64,000 bases of DNA, taken from NCBI RefSeq assembly GCF_054482595.1, contig NZ_CM137008.1; one strand, given 5' to 3'. Positions 43,384 to 53,837 of this stretch are shown here, piece after piece. Within the stretch, counting starts at the first letter, position 1. Each line of letters begins with the position of its first letter. Both the position numbers and the translations under genes were made by a program. The notes under the pieces were generated by a model, which was given only the letters and a program-made list of their open reading frames with translations, was not told the DNA's origin and searched no databases.

Positions 43384-43673
43384 GGTTACACTCCGCATCA
43401 TTCATCTGATTAATCATTGTGCGTACTTCTTGTCGAAGTGAAAGCTGAAAGTAATATAAATAATAAAAATATAAGTCAGGTCACATTATTGATGATAGTA
43501 ATAAATATGCCGTACTTTTCCCTCTTCAGCACAAATGCCTAATAAAATGGATCGTTCCGCTCACACTTCCACTTATTAAAGTCGCAATTTCCCAATTATG
43601 ATAACGCCAGCTTTAAATGACGTATTTTGCATGGATTACATATTTACGACATAAATGATAAATGGAGATTTAT

Positions 43674-45659
43674 ATGAATAACTCTCGGTTATTCCGTTTG
43701 AGCAGGATTGTTATTGCGTTAACCGCCGTCAGCGGCATGATGGTAAATACCGCTAACGCGAAAGAGGAAGCGAAAGCCGCCACTCAATATACCCAACAGG
43801 TTAATCAGAATTACGCCAAATCATTACCGTTTAGCGATCGTCAGGATTTTGACGATGCCCAGCGTGGATTTATCGCCCCGCTGCTGGATGAAGGTATTCT
43901 GCGTGATGCGAACGGTAAAGTTTACTACCGCGCAGACGATTACAAATTTGATATTAATGCCGCTGCGCCGGAAACCGTAAACCCCAGCCTGTGGCGTCAG
44001 TCGCAGATCAACGGCATATCTGGCCTGTTCAAAGTCACCGATAAAATGTATCAGGTGCGCGGCCAGGATATCTCTAACATTACGTTCGTTGAGGGCGAGA
44101 AAGGCATTATTGTCATCGACCCGCTGGTGACGCCGCCTGCCGCAAAAGCCGCACTTGACCTTTACTTCCAGCATCGTCCGCAAAAACCGATTGTTGCCGT
44201 TATTTACACTCACAGCCACACTGACCACTATGGTGGCGTGAAAGGTATTATCTCTGAAGCCGATGTTAAATCCGGCAAAGTTCAGGTGATTGCCCCTGCT
44301 GGCTTTATGGACGAAGCCATCAGCGAAAACGTGCTGGCGGGTAACATCATGAGCCGCCGTGCGCTCTACTCTTACGGTCTGTTACTGCCGCACAACGCGC
44401 AAGGCAACGTGGGTAATGGCCTTGGCGTGACGCTGGCAACCGGCGACCCGAGCATTATTGCGCCAACCAAAACTATCGTCAGAACTGGCGAGAAGATGAT
44501 TATCGACGGCCTGGAGTTTGACTTCCTGATGACCCCAGGCAGCGAAGCCCCAGCCGAAATGCACTTCTATATTCCGGCCCTGAAAGCCCTGTGTACCGCC
44601 GAGAACGCCACGCATACCCTGCACAACTTCTACACTCTGCGCGGCGCGAAAACCCGCGATACCAGCAAGTGGACAGAGTACCTGAACGAAACGCTGGATA
44701 TGTGGGGTAACGACGCGGAAGTACTGTTTATGCCGCACACCTGGCCGGTCTGGGGCAATAAGCATATCAATGATTATATTGGTAAATATCGCGATACCAT
44801 CAAGTATATTCACGATCAAACCCTGCATCTGGCGAACCAGGGCTACACCATGAATGAAATCGGCGACATGATTAAGCTGCCGCCTGCGCTTGCCAATAAC
44901 TGGGCCAGCCGCGGTTATTACGGTTCTGTCAGCCACAACGCCCGCGCGGTGTATAACTTCTATCTTGGCTATTACGACGGTAACCCGGCTAACCTGCATC
45001 CGTATGGTCAGGTAGAGATGGGCAAACGTTACGTGAAAGCGCTGGGCGGTTCTGCCCGTGTCATCAACCTGGCGCAAGAAGCGAACAAGCAAGGTGATTA
45101 CCGCTGGTCGGCAGAACTGCTGAAACAGGTGATTGCCGCCAACCCGGGTGACCAGGTCGCGAAGAATCTGCAAGCGAATAACTTTGAACAGCTGGGCTAT
45201 CAGGCCGAGTCCGCCACATGGCGCGGTTTCTACCTGACCGGCGCGAAAGAGCTGCGCGAAGGGGTGCATAAGTTCAGCCACGGCACCACCGGTTCCCCGG
45301 ACACCATTCGCGGAATGTCGGTCGAAATGCTGTTCGACTTTATGTCCGTTCGCCTCGATAGCGAAAAAGCCGCGGGTAAAAATATCAGCCTGAACTTCAA
45401 TATGAGCAACGGCGATAACCTCAACCTGACGCTGAACGATAGCGTGCTTAACTACCGTAAAACGCTGCAATCCCAAGCTGACGCCTCTTTCTACATCAGT
45501 CGTGAAGATCTGCACGCCGTGCTGACCGGACAAGCCAAAATGGCGGATCTGGTAAAAGCGAAGAAAGCCAAAATTATTGGCAATGGTGCGAAACTGGAAG
45601 AAATTATTGCCTGTCTGGATAATTTCGATTTGTGGGTAAATATCGTAACCCCAAATTAA
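43674..45659 (+). CDS. yjcS: metallo-beta-lactamase-fold alkyl/aryl sulfatase
   Basis: 661 aa from ATG at 43674 ([21 protein letters not shown]...); signal peptide; HxHxDH motif ([10 protein letters not shown]). Confidence 0.85.
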   Translation: MNNSRLFRLSRIVIALTAVSGMMVNTANAKEEAKAATQYTQQVNQNYAKSLPFSDRQDFDDAQRGFIAPLLDEGILRDANGKVYYRADDYKFDINAAAPETVNPSLWRQSQINGISGLFKVTDKMYQVRGQDISNITFVEGEKGIIVIDPLVTPPAAKAALDLYFQHRPQKPIVAVIYTHSHTDHYGGVKGIISEADVKSGKVQVIAPAGFMDEAISENVLAGNIMSRRALYSYGLLLPHNAQGNVGNGLGVTLATGDPSIIAPTKTIVRTGEKMIIDGLEFDFLMTPGSEAPAEMHFYIPALKALCTAENATHTLHNFYTLRGAKTRDTSKWTEYLNETLDMWGNDAEVLFMPHTWPVWGNKHINDYIGKYRDTIKYIHDQTLHLANQGYTMNEIGDMIKLPPALANNWASRGYYGSVSHNARAVYNFYLGYYDGNPANLHPYGQVEMGKRYVKALGGSARVINLAQEANKQGDYRWSAELLKQVIAANPGDQVAKNLQANNFEQLGYQAESATWRGFYLTGAKELREGVHKFSHGTTGSPDTIRGMSVEMLFDFMSVRLDSEKAAGKNISLNFNMSNGDNLNLTLNDSVLNYRKTLQSQADASFYISREDLHAVLTGQAKMADLVKAKKAKIIGNGAKLEEIIACLDNFDLWVNIVTPN

Positions 45660-45669
45660 TGCCACTCAC

Positions 45670-45695
45670 TTTTGGGGGCGCTTAAGCCCCCAAAA
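45670..45695 (+). terminator. hairpin terminator downstream of yjcS
   Basis: ttttgggggc / gcccccaaaa inverted repeat with 6-nt loop; A/T runs on both sides. Confidence 0.6.
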
Positions 45696-45867
45696 GCATT
45701 TACTTTAAAAATATATGCAGCCAATTAATAAATAAAACATATAAGTTATGAATGCGGTGGCTGAATAAAGCTATTTTTATTCATCAAGAAAATAGCCATA
45801 CTGACGCCTTCAATGGATAGTGATATTCACTACAGATATTGTTCGCAGCAGACAGGATGTATTTAAT

Positions 45868-46143
45868 ATGCCAACAGTTCTCTCTCGCATGGCGATGCAA
45901 CTCAAAAAAACAGCCTGGATAATTCCCGTCTTCATGGTTTCGGGATGTTCATTATCTCCGGCAATCCCGGTGATCGGCGCTTATTATCCCAGCTGGTTTT
46001 TCTGCGCCATTGCCAGCCTTATATTGACGCTCATCACGAGGCGAGTTATTCAGCGGGCAAATATCAAGCTGGCATTTGTCGGAATTATTTATACCGCCCT
46101 TTTTGCTCTCTACGCCATGCTGTTCTGGCTGGCATTTTTCTAA
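45868..46143 (+). CDS. ytcA: small lipoprotein YtcA
   Basis: 91 aa from ATG at 45868; lipobox MVSGC; upstream of mdtN. Confidence 0.75.
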   Translation: MPTVLSRMAMQLKKTAWIIPVFMVSGCSLSPAIPVIGAYYPSWFFCAIASLILTLITRRVIQRANIKLAFVGIIYTALFALYAMLFWLAFF

Positions 46144-46161
46144 TCTATTTGAGACGCGCTC

Positions 46162-47193
46162 ATGGAAAGTATGCCGAAAAAAGCTCCTCGCAGTAAATTC
46201 CCTGCTCTGTTAGTGGTTGCGTTGGCGCTGGTTGCCCTTGTTTTCGTTATCTGGCGCGTAGACAGTGCGCCATCAACTAATGACGCTTACGCGTCAGCAG
46301 ATACCATTGATGTGGTGCCGGAAGTCAGCGGTCGCATTGTAGAACTGGCGGTCACCGACAACCAAGCGGTGAAGCAGGGCGATTTGCTGTTCCGCATTGA
46401 CCCGCGCCCGTACGAAGCCAATCTGGCGAAAGCCGAAGCCTCCCTCGCGGCACTGGATAAGCAAATTATGCTCACCCAGCGTAGCGTTGACGCGCAACAG
46501 TTTGGTGCCGACTCGGTTAACGCCACGGTAGAAAAAGCCCGTGCCGCCGCTAAACAGGCCACAGATACATTACGCCGCACCGAGCCATTACTGAAAGAAG
46601 GTTTTGTCTCAGCGGAAGACGTTGACCGTGCGAGGACCGCGCAGCGCGCTGCAGAAGCGGATCTTAATGCCGTATTGTTACAGGCGCAGTCAGCCGCCAG
46701 CGCCGTCAGCGGCGTCGATGCGCTGGTGGCGCAACGTGCGGCGGTCGAAGCGGATATTGCCCTGACCAAACTGCATCTGGAAATGGCGACCGTTCGCGCA
46801 CCGTTTGATGGCCGGGTCATTTCCCTCAAAACCTCCGTCGGGCAATTTGCTTCTGCCATGCGCCCTATTTTTACCCTAATCGACACTCGTCACTGGTACG
46901 TGATCGCCAACTTCCGCGAAACCGATCTGAAAAATATTCGCTCAGGTACACCCGCAACGATTCGCCTGATGAGTGACAGCGGCAAAACTTTCGAGGGTAA
47001 AGTGGATTCGATTGGCTACGGCGTGCTACCGGATGACGGCGGCCTGGTGCTGGGCGGCCTGCCAAAAGTGTCTCGCTCTATTAACTGGGTCCGCGTTGCC
47101 CAGCGTTTTCCGGTCAAAATCATGGTCGATAAACCTGACCCGGAAATGTTCCGCATCGGCGCTTCGGCAGTCGCTAATCTTGAGCCGCAATAA
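46162..47193 (+). CDS. mdtN: membrane fusion (HlyD-family) efflux component
   Basis: 343 aa; N-terminal TM anchor; operon position. Confidence 0.88.
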   Translation: MESMPKKAPRSKFPALLVVALALVALVFVIWRVDSAPSTNDAYASADTIDVVPEVSGRIVELAVTDNQAVKQGDLLFRIDPRPYEANLAKAEASLAALDKQIMLTQRSVDAQQFGADSVNATVEKARAAAKQATDTLRRTEPLLKEGFVSAEDVDRARTAQRAAEADLNAVLLQAQSAASAVSGVDALVAQRAAVEADIALTKLHLEMATVRAPFDGRVISLKTSVGQFASAMRPIFTLIDTRHWYVIANFRETDLKNIRSGTPATIRLMSDSGKTFEGKVDSIGYGVLPDDGGLVLGGLPKVSRSINWVRVAQRFPVKIMVDKPDPEMFRIGASAVANLEPQ

Positions 47194-49244
47194 TGAGCGC
47201 GCTCAACTCCCTGCCATTACCGGTGGTCAGGCTGCTGGCGTTCTTTCATGAAGAGTTAAGCGAGCGGCGACCAGGTCGCGTGCCGCAGACCGTGCAACTC
47301 TGGGTAGGCTGCCTGCTGGTGATTCTGATCTCGATGACTTTTGAGATCCCTTTTGTGGCGTTATCGCTGGCAGTGCTGTTTTACGGTATTCAGTCGAACG
47401 CGTTTTACACCAAATTTGTCGCGATCTTGTTTGTGGTTGCCACGGTGCTGGAGATCGGCAGCCTGTTTTTGATCTACAAATGGTCATACGGCGAACCGTT
47501 GATCCGCTTGATCATCGCCGGACCGATCCTGATGGGCTGCATGTTTTTGATGCGCACCCATCGCTTGGGGCTGGTCTTTTTCGCCGTCGCCATTGTCGCT
47601 ATTTACGGGCAAACCTTCCCCGCCATGCTCGACTATCCGGAAGTGGTCGTGCGCTTAACGCTGTGGTGTATCGTTGTTGGCCTCTATCCAACCTTGCTGA
47701 TGACGTTAATCGGCGTGCTGTGGTTTCCCAGTCGTGCCATTTCGCAAATGCATCAGGTGCTTAATGATCGGCTTGATGATGCCATTAGCCACCTGACGGA
47801 CAGCCTCGCACCGCTACCCGAAACGCGGATTGAAAGAGAGGCGCTGGCGCTGCAAAAACTCAATGTCTTTTGCCTCGCGGACGATGCCAACTGGCGAACC
47901 CAGAGTGCATGGTGGCAAAGCTGCGTGGCAACGGTAACCTACATTTACTCGACGCTGAATCGCTACGATCCCACCTCTTTTGCTGATTCTCAGGCAATTA
48001 TTGAATTCCGACAAAAATTAGCTTCAGAAATCAACAAGCTGCAGCATGCCATTACCGAAGGTCAGTGCTGGCAAAGCGACTGGCGGATCAGTGAAAGTGA
48101 AGCGATGGCGGCACGGGAATGTAACCTGGAGAATATCTGCCAGACACTGTTACAGCTTGGTCAGATAGACCCGAATACGCCGCCAACGCCCGCAGCCAAA
48201 CCGCCATCAATGGCCGCCGATGCTTTTACCAATCCAGACTATATGCGCTACGCGGTAAAAACGCTGCTCGCCTGTTTGATCTGTTACACCTTCTACAGCG
48301 GCGTGGACTGGGAAGGCATTCACACCTGTATGCTGACCTGCGTGATCGTCGCTAATCCGAATGTCGGTTCATCGTACCAGAAGATGGTGCTGCGTTTTGG
48401 CGGGGCCTTTTGCGGCGCGATTCTGGCGCTGTTATTCACGCTACTGGTCATGCCCTGGCTGGACAATATTGTCGAATTGCTGTTTGTGCTGGCACCGATT
48501 TTCCTGTTGGGCGCATGGATTGCCACCAGCTCTGAACGCTCTTCTTATATCGGCACACAGATGGTGGTTACCTTCGCGCTCGCCACGCTCGAAAACGTTT
48601 TTGGCCCGGTGTACGACCTGGTGGAAATTCGCGATCGCGCCCTGGGTATCATCATTGGTACCGTGGTGTCCGCGGTGATTTACACCTTTGTCTGGCCTGA
48701 AAGTGAAGCGCGCACGCTGCCGCAAAAACTGGCTGTCGCGCTGGGTATGTTAAGTAAAGTAATGCGGATCCCACGCCAGCAGGAAGTCACGGCTCTGCGC
48801 ACTTATCTGCAAATTCGTATAGGTCTGCATGCGGCGTTTAATGCCTGTGAAGAGATGTGCCAACGCGTGGCGCTGGAGCGTCAACTGGACAGCGAAGAAC
48901 GCGCCTTACTGATTGAACGTTCGCAAACGGTTATTCGTCAGGGCCGCGATCTTCTTCACGCCTGGGATGCCACCTGGAACTCGGCGCAGGCGCTGGATAA
49001 CGCACTACAGCCGGACAGAGCAGGTCAGTTTGCCGACGCTCTGGAAAAATACGCTGCCGGTCTGGCAACCGCACTCAGCCGTTCTCCTCAAATAACGCTT
49101 GAAGAGACACCCGCCTCGCAGGCCATCCTGCCCACCTTATTAAAACAGGAGCAACACGTCTGCCAGCTTTTCGCCCGCTTGCCAGACTGGACAGCCCCGG
49201 CATTAACGCCCGCCACGGAACAGGCACAAGGAGCCACACAATGA
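47193..49244 (+). CDS. mdtO: inner-membrane efflux component (aromatic acid exporter-like)
   Basis: 683 aa polytopic protein; TAATG stop/start overlap with mdtN. Confidence 0.88.
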   Translation: MSALNSLPLPVVRLLAFFHEELSERRPGRVPQTVQLWVGCLLVILISMTFEIPFVALSLAVLFYGIQSNAFYTKFVAILFVVATVLEIGSLFLIYKWSYGEPLIRLIIAGPILMGCMFLMRTHRLGLVFFAVAIVAIYGQTFPAMLDYPEVVVRLTLWCIVVGLYPTLLMTLIGVLWFPSRAISQMHQVLNDRLDDAISHLTDSLAPLPETRIEREALALQKLNVFCLADDANWRTQSAWWQSCVATVTYIYSTLNRYDPTSFADSQAIIEFRQKLASEINKLQHAITEGQCWQSDWRISESEAMAARECNLENICQTLLQLGQIDPNTPPTPAAKPPSMAADAFTNPDYMRYAVKTLLACLICYTFYSGVDWEGIHTCMLTCVIVANPNVGSSYQKMVLRFGGAFCGAILALLFTLLVMPWLDNIVELLFVLAPIFLLGAWIATSSERSSYIGTQMVVTFALATLENVFGPVYDLVEIRDRALGIIIGTVVSAVIYTFVWPESEARTLPQKLAVALGMLSKVMRIPRQQEVTALRTYLQIRIGLHAAFNACEEMCQRVALERQLDSEERALLIERSQTVIRQGRDLLHAWDATWNSAQALDNALQPDRAGQFADALEKYAAGLATALSRSPQITLEETPASQAILPTLLKQEQHVCQLFARLPDWTAPALTPATEQAQGATQ

Positions 49245-50707
49245 TCAATCGTCAACTTTCACGTCTGCTGTTGTGCAGCATTCTCGGCAGCACGACGCTG
49301 ATTTCCGGCTGTGCCCTGGTACGCAAGGATTCTGCGCCTCATCAACAGCTCAAACCGGAACAAATCAAACTGGCCGATGATATTCATCTTGCCAGCTCCG
49401 GCTGGCCGCAGGCGCAGTGGTGGAAACAACTCAATGACCCGCAGCTGGATGCGCTGATCCAACGGACGCTAAGTGGTTCACACACCCTCGCCGAAGCGAA
49501 ACTGCGGGAAGAAAAAGCGCAGTCCCAGGCCGATTTGTTAGATGCCGGTTCACAATTACAGGTCGCAGCGTTAGGGATGCTCAACCGCCAACGCGTCTCG
49601 GCGAACGGCTTTTTAAGCCCTTATGCGATGGATGCGCCAGCACTGGGTATGGACGGGCCGTACTATACGGAAGCCACAGTAGGTTTGTTTGCCGGACTGG
49701 ATCTTGATTTGTGGGGTGTGCATCGCTCAGCGGTTGCCGCCGCCATTGGCGCGCATAATGCCGCGCTGGCAGAAACCGCAGCAGTAGAGCTATCGCTGAC
49801 CACGGGCGTAGCGCAGCTTTATTACAGTATGCAGGCCAGCTATCAGATGCTCGATCTGTTAGAACAAACTCGCGATGTGATTGATTACGCGGTGAAAGCG
49901 CACCAGAGTAAAGTGGCGCAAGGTCTGGAAGCGCAAGTGCCTTTCCACGGCGCGCGGGCACAGATTCTGGCGGTCGATAAACAAATTGCTGCCGTCAAAG
50001 GGCAAATCACCGAAACGCGAGAATCTCTGCGTGCATTGATTGGCGCGGGAGCCAGCGATATGCCGGAGATCAAACCTGTAGCATTACCACGAGTTCAGAC
50101 CGGCATTCCGGCGACACTCTCTTATGAGTTGCTCGCCAGACGCCCGGATCTGCAAGCCATGCGCTGGTATGTTCAGGCGTCATTAGATCAGGTGGATTCC
50201 GCGCGGGCGTTGTTCTACCCGAGCTTTGATATCAAAGCGTTTTTCGGCCTTGATGCCATCCACCTGGATACCTTATTCAAAAAAACCAGTCGCCAGTTCA
50301 ACTTTATCCCGGGTCTGAAATTGCCGCTGTTTGACGGTGGACGGTTGAATGCCAATCTCGAAGGCACGCGCGCCACCAGCAACATGATGATTGAACGTTA
50401 CAACCAGTCAGTACTGAACGCGGTGCGTGACGTTGCCGTCAACGGCACGCGTCTGCAAACGCTCAACGACGAGCGAGAAATGCAGGCTGAACGCGTGGAA
50501 GCCACGCGCTTCACCCAGCGCGCTGCCGAGGCCGCCTATCAGCGCGGCTTAACCAGCCGCTTACAGGCCACTGAAGCCCGGTTGCCAGTACTTGCCGAAG
50601 AGATGTCATTACTGATGCTGGACAGCCGCCGGGTGATCCAAAGCATTCAGTTGATGAAATCGCTGGGCGGCGGGTATCAGGCGGCTCCCGTCGTCGAGAA
50701 AAAATAA
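49241..50707 (+). CDS. mdtP: outer-membrane efflux channel (TolC-family lipoprotein)
   Basis: 488 aa; lipobox LISGC; 4-bp overlap with mdtO. Confidence 0.88.
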   Translation: MINRQLSRLLLCSILGSTTLISGCALVRKDSAPHQQLKPEQIKLADDIHLASSGWPQAQWWKQLNDPQLDALIQRTLSGSHTLAEAKLREEKAQSQADLLDAGSQLQVAALGMLNRQRVSANGFLSPYAMDAPALGMDGPYYTEATVGLFAGLDLDLWGVHRSAVAAAIGAHNAALAETAAVELSLTTGVAQLYYSMQASYQMLDLLEQTRDVIDYAVKAHQSKVAQGLEAQVPFHGARAQILAVDKQIAAVKGQITETRESLRALIGAGASDMPEIKPVALPRVQTGIPATLSYELLARRPDLQAMRWYVQASLDQVDSARALFYPSFDIKAFFGLDAIHLDTLFKKTSRQFNFIPGLKLPLFDGGRLNANLEGTRATSNMMIERYNQSVLNAVRDVAVNGTRLQTLNDEREMQAERVEATRFTQRAAEAAYQRGLTSRLQATEARLPVLAEEMSLLMLDSRRVIQSIQLMKSLGGGYQAAPVVEKK

Positions 50708-50715
50708 AATGTCTG

Positions 50716-50750
50716 CCGCGTGATGGCTGTCACGCGGTATTTCGTTTCGT
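50716..50750 (+). terminator. rho-independent terminator downstream of mdtP
   Basis: ccgcgtga / tcacgcgg stem with loop tggctg, followed by tatttcgtttcgt. Confidence 0.7.
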
Positions 50751-50837
50751 CACGTCAAAACTGACGACAGCCTGTTTTTCGTCAGAGTTTTGAATAAATA
50801 GTGCCCGTAATATCAGGGAATGACCCCAAATAAAATG

Positions 50838-50853
50838 TGGCATAAAAGATGCA
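50838..50853 (+). promoter_or_regulatory. sigma54 (-24/-12) promoter of fdhF
   Basis: TGGCAT-N5-ATGCA with GG-to-GC spacing of 12 nt, about 50 bp upstream of the fdhF ATG; fdhF is an established sigma54/FhlA-dependent gene. Confidence 0.8.
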
Positions 50854-50904
50854 TACTGTAGTCGAGAGCGCGTATGCGTGATTTGATTAACTGGAGCGAG
50901 ACCG

Positions 50905-53052
50905 ATGAAAAAAGTCGTCACGGTTTGCCCCTATTGCGCATCAGGTTGCAAAATCAACCTGGTCGTCGATAACGGCAAAATCGTCCGGGCGGAGGCAGCG
51001 CAGGGGAAAACCAACCAGGGTACCCTGTGTCTGAAGGGTTATTATGGCTGGGATTTCATTAACGATACCCAGATCCTGACCCCGCGCCTGAAAACCCCCA
51101 TGATCCGTCGCCAGCGTGGCGGCAAACTCGAACCTGTTTCCTGGGATGAGGCACTGAATTACGTTGCCGAGCGCCTGAGCGCCATCAAAGAGAAGTACGG
51201 TCCGGATGCCATCCAGACGACCGGCTCCTCGCGTGGTACGGGTAACGAAACCAACTATGTAATGCAAAAATTTGCGCGCGCCGTTATTGGTACCAATAAC
51301 GTTGACTGCTGCGCTCGTGTCTGACACGGCCCATCGGTTGCAGGTCTGCACCAATCGGTCGGTAATGGCGCAATGAGCAATGCTATTAACGAAATTGATA
51401 ATACCGATTTAGTGTTCGTTTTCGGGTACAACCCGGCGGATTCCCACCCAATCGTGGCGAATCACGTAATTAACGCTAAACGTAACGGGGCGAAAATTAT
51501 CGTCTGCGATCCGCGCAAAATTGAAACCGCGCGCATTGCTGACATGCACATTGCACTGAAAAACGGCTCGAACATCGCGCTGTTGAATGCGATGGGCCAT
51601 GTCATTATTGAAGAAAATCTGTACGACAAAGCGTTCGTCGCTTCACGTACAGAAGGCTTTGAAGAGTATCGTAAAATCGTTGAAGGCTACACGCCGGAGT
51701 CGGTTGAAGATATCACCGGCGTCAGCGCCAGCGAGATTCGTCAGGCGGCACGGATGTATGCCCAGGCGAAAAGCGCCGCCATCCTGTGGGGCATGGGTGT
51801 AACCCAGTTCTACCAGGGCGTGGAAACCGTGCGTTCTCTGACCAGCCTCGCGATGCTGACCGGTAACCTCGGTAAGCCGCATGCGGGTGTAAACCCGGTT
51901 CGTGGTCAGAACAACGTGCAGGGTGCCTGCGATATGGGCGCGCTGCCGGATACGTATCCGGGATACCAGTACGTGAAAGATCCGGCTAACCGCGAGAAAT
52001 TCGCCAAAGCCTGGGGTGTGGAAAGCCTGCCAGCGCATACCGGCTATCGCATCAGCGAGCTGCCGCACCGCGCAGCGCATGGCGAAGTGCGTGCCGCGTA
52101 CATTATGGGCGAAGATCCGCTGCAAACTGACGCGGAGCTGTCGGCAGTACGTAAAGCCTTTGAAGATCTGGAACTGGTTATCGTTCAGGACATCTTTATG
52201 ACCAAAACCGCGTCGGCGGCGGATGTTATTTTACCGTCAACGTCGTGGGGCGAGCATGAAGGCGTGTTTACTGCGGCTGACCGTGGCTTCCAGCGTTTCT
52301 TCAAAGCAGTTGAACCGAAATGGGATCTGAAAACGGACTGGCAAATCATCAGTGAAATCGCCACCCGTATGGGTTATCCGATGCACTACAACAACACCCA
52401 GGAGATCTGGGATGAGTTGCGTCATCTGTGCCCGGATTTCTACGGTGCGACTTACGAGAAAATGGGCGAACTGGGCTTCATTCAGTGGCCTTGCCGCGAT
52501 ACTTCAGATGCCGATCAGGGGACTTCTTATCTGTTTAAAGAGAAGTTTGATACCCCGAACGGTCTGGCGCAGTTCTTCACCTGCGACTGGGTAGCGCCAA
52601 TCGACAAACTCACCGACGAGTACCCGATGGTACTGTCAACGGTGCGTGAAGTTGGTCACTACTCTTGCCGTTCGATGACCGGTAACTGTGCGGCACTGGC
52701 GGCGCTGGCGGATGAACCTGGCTACGCACAAATCAATACCGAAGACGCCAAACGTCTGGGTATTGAAGATGAGGCATTGGTTTGGGTGCACTCGCGTAAA
52801 GGCAAAATTATCACCCGTGCGCAGGTCAGCGATCGTCCGAACAAAGGGGCGATTTACATGACCTACCAGTGGTGGATTGGTGCCTGTAACGAGCTGGTTA
52901 CCGAAAACTTAAGCCCGATTACGAAAACGCCGGAATACAAATACTGCGCCGTGCGCGTCGAGCCGATCGCCGATCAGCGCGCCGCCGAGCAGTACGTGAT
53001 TGACGAGTACAACAAGTTGAAAACTCGCCTGCGCGAAGCGGCACTGGCGTAA
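50905..53052 (+). CDS. fdhF: formate dehydrogenase H (selenocysteine-containing molybdoenzyme)
   Basis: Track ORFs 50905..51324 and 51373..53052 are in the same frame, separated only by TGA at 51322-51324; reading through gives 715 aa with ...NNVDCCARV-U-HGPSVAGLHQSVGNGAMSNAINE... Confidence 0.93.
51322..51370 (+). other. fdhF: UGA selenocysteine codon plus downstream SECIS hairpin
   Basis: In-frame TGA at 51322-51324 followed immediately by a stem-loop-forming segment (ggttgcag gtct ctgcacc core). Confidence 0.85.
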
Positions 53053-53066
53053 TACAGTCCTTTCTA

Positions 53067-53093
53067 CAGCCTCCTTTCGGAGGCTGTTTTTTT
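53067..53093 (+). terminator. rho-independent terminator downstream of fdhF
   Basis: cagcctcc tttc ggaggctg followed by a 7-T run. Confidence 0.85.
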
Positions 53094-53145
53094 ATCCATT
53101 CGAACTCTTTATACTGGTTACTCCCTACCCAATCGTATTATCAAA

Positions 53146-53835
53146 ATGAAAAAAATTATCGCATTGATGTTGTTTTTGACATTCTTTGCCCACGCCAACG
53201 ACTCCGAGCCTGGCAGCCAGTATTTAAAGGCAGCAGAGGCCGGGGACCGACGCGCACAATATTTTCTTGCCGACAGCTGGTTTAGCTCCGGCGATTTGAG
53301 CAAAGCCGAATATTGGGCACAGAAAGCCGCCGACAGCGGTGATGCTGATGCCTGCGCGCTGTTGGCGCAGATCAAAATCACCAATCCGGTCAGTCTGGAC
53401 TATCCACAAGCAAAAGTTCTTGCAGAGAAAGCGGCGCAAGCGGGCAGTAAAGAAGGTGAAGTAACGCTGGCGCATATTCTGGTAAATACTCAAGCGGGCA
53501 AACCGGATTATCCAAAGGCGATTTCGCTGTTAGAAAACGCCTCGGAAGATCTGGAGAACGACTCTGCCGTCGATGCCCAAATGCTGCTTGGTTTGATTTA
53601 CGCCAACGGCGTGGGCATTAAGGCCGACGATGACAAGGCAACCTGGTATTTCAAACGCAGCTCTGCAATTTCCCGAACCGGTTATTCCGAGTACTGGGCG
53701 GGAATGATGTTCTTAAACGGTGAAGAAGGTTTTATCGAGAAGAATAAACAAAAGGCGCTGCACTGGTTGAACCTGAGCTGTATGGAAGGGTTTGATACCG
53801 GGTGTGAAGAGTTTGAAAAATTAACCAACGGTTAA
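53146..53835 (+). CDS. yjcO: Sel1-like repeat (TPR-like) periplasmic protein
   Basis: 229 aa; signal peptide; repeated A-x-x-W-Y-x-K-A-A-x-x-G motifs. Confidence 0.8.
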   Translation: MKKIIALMLFLTFFAHANDSEPGSQYLKAAEAGDRRAQYFLADSWFSSGDLSKAEYWAQKAADSGDADACALLAQIKITNPVSLDYPQAKVLAEKAAQAGSKEGEVTLAHILVNTQAGKPDYPKAISLLENASEDLENDSAVDAQMLLGLIYANGVGIKADDDKATWYFKRSSAISRTGYSEYWAGMMFLNGEEGFIEKNKQKALHWLNLSCMEGFDTGCEEFEKLTNG

Positions 53836-53837
53836 GG

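Noticed and set aside
34174-43673. Accessory block as a prophage, integrative element or IS-mediated insertion
   Set aside because: No integrase, transposase, phage structural genes, tRNA attachment site or terminal inverted/direct repeats were seen; content is purely metabolic and regulatory, more consistent with allelic replacement
44382-45665. 427-aa minus-strand ORF antisense to yjcS
   Set aside because: Fully embedded antisense to the sulfatase gene; low-complexity translation with no recognisable domain
50905-53052. fdhF as a pseudogene or two separate genes (ORFs 50905..51324 and 51373..53052)
   Set aside because: Same frame, single TGA between them, followed by a SECIS-type hairpin; fits the known selenocysteine recoding of formate dehydrogenase H
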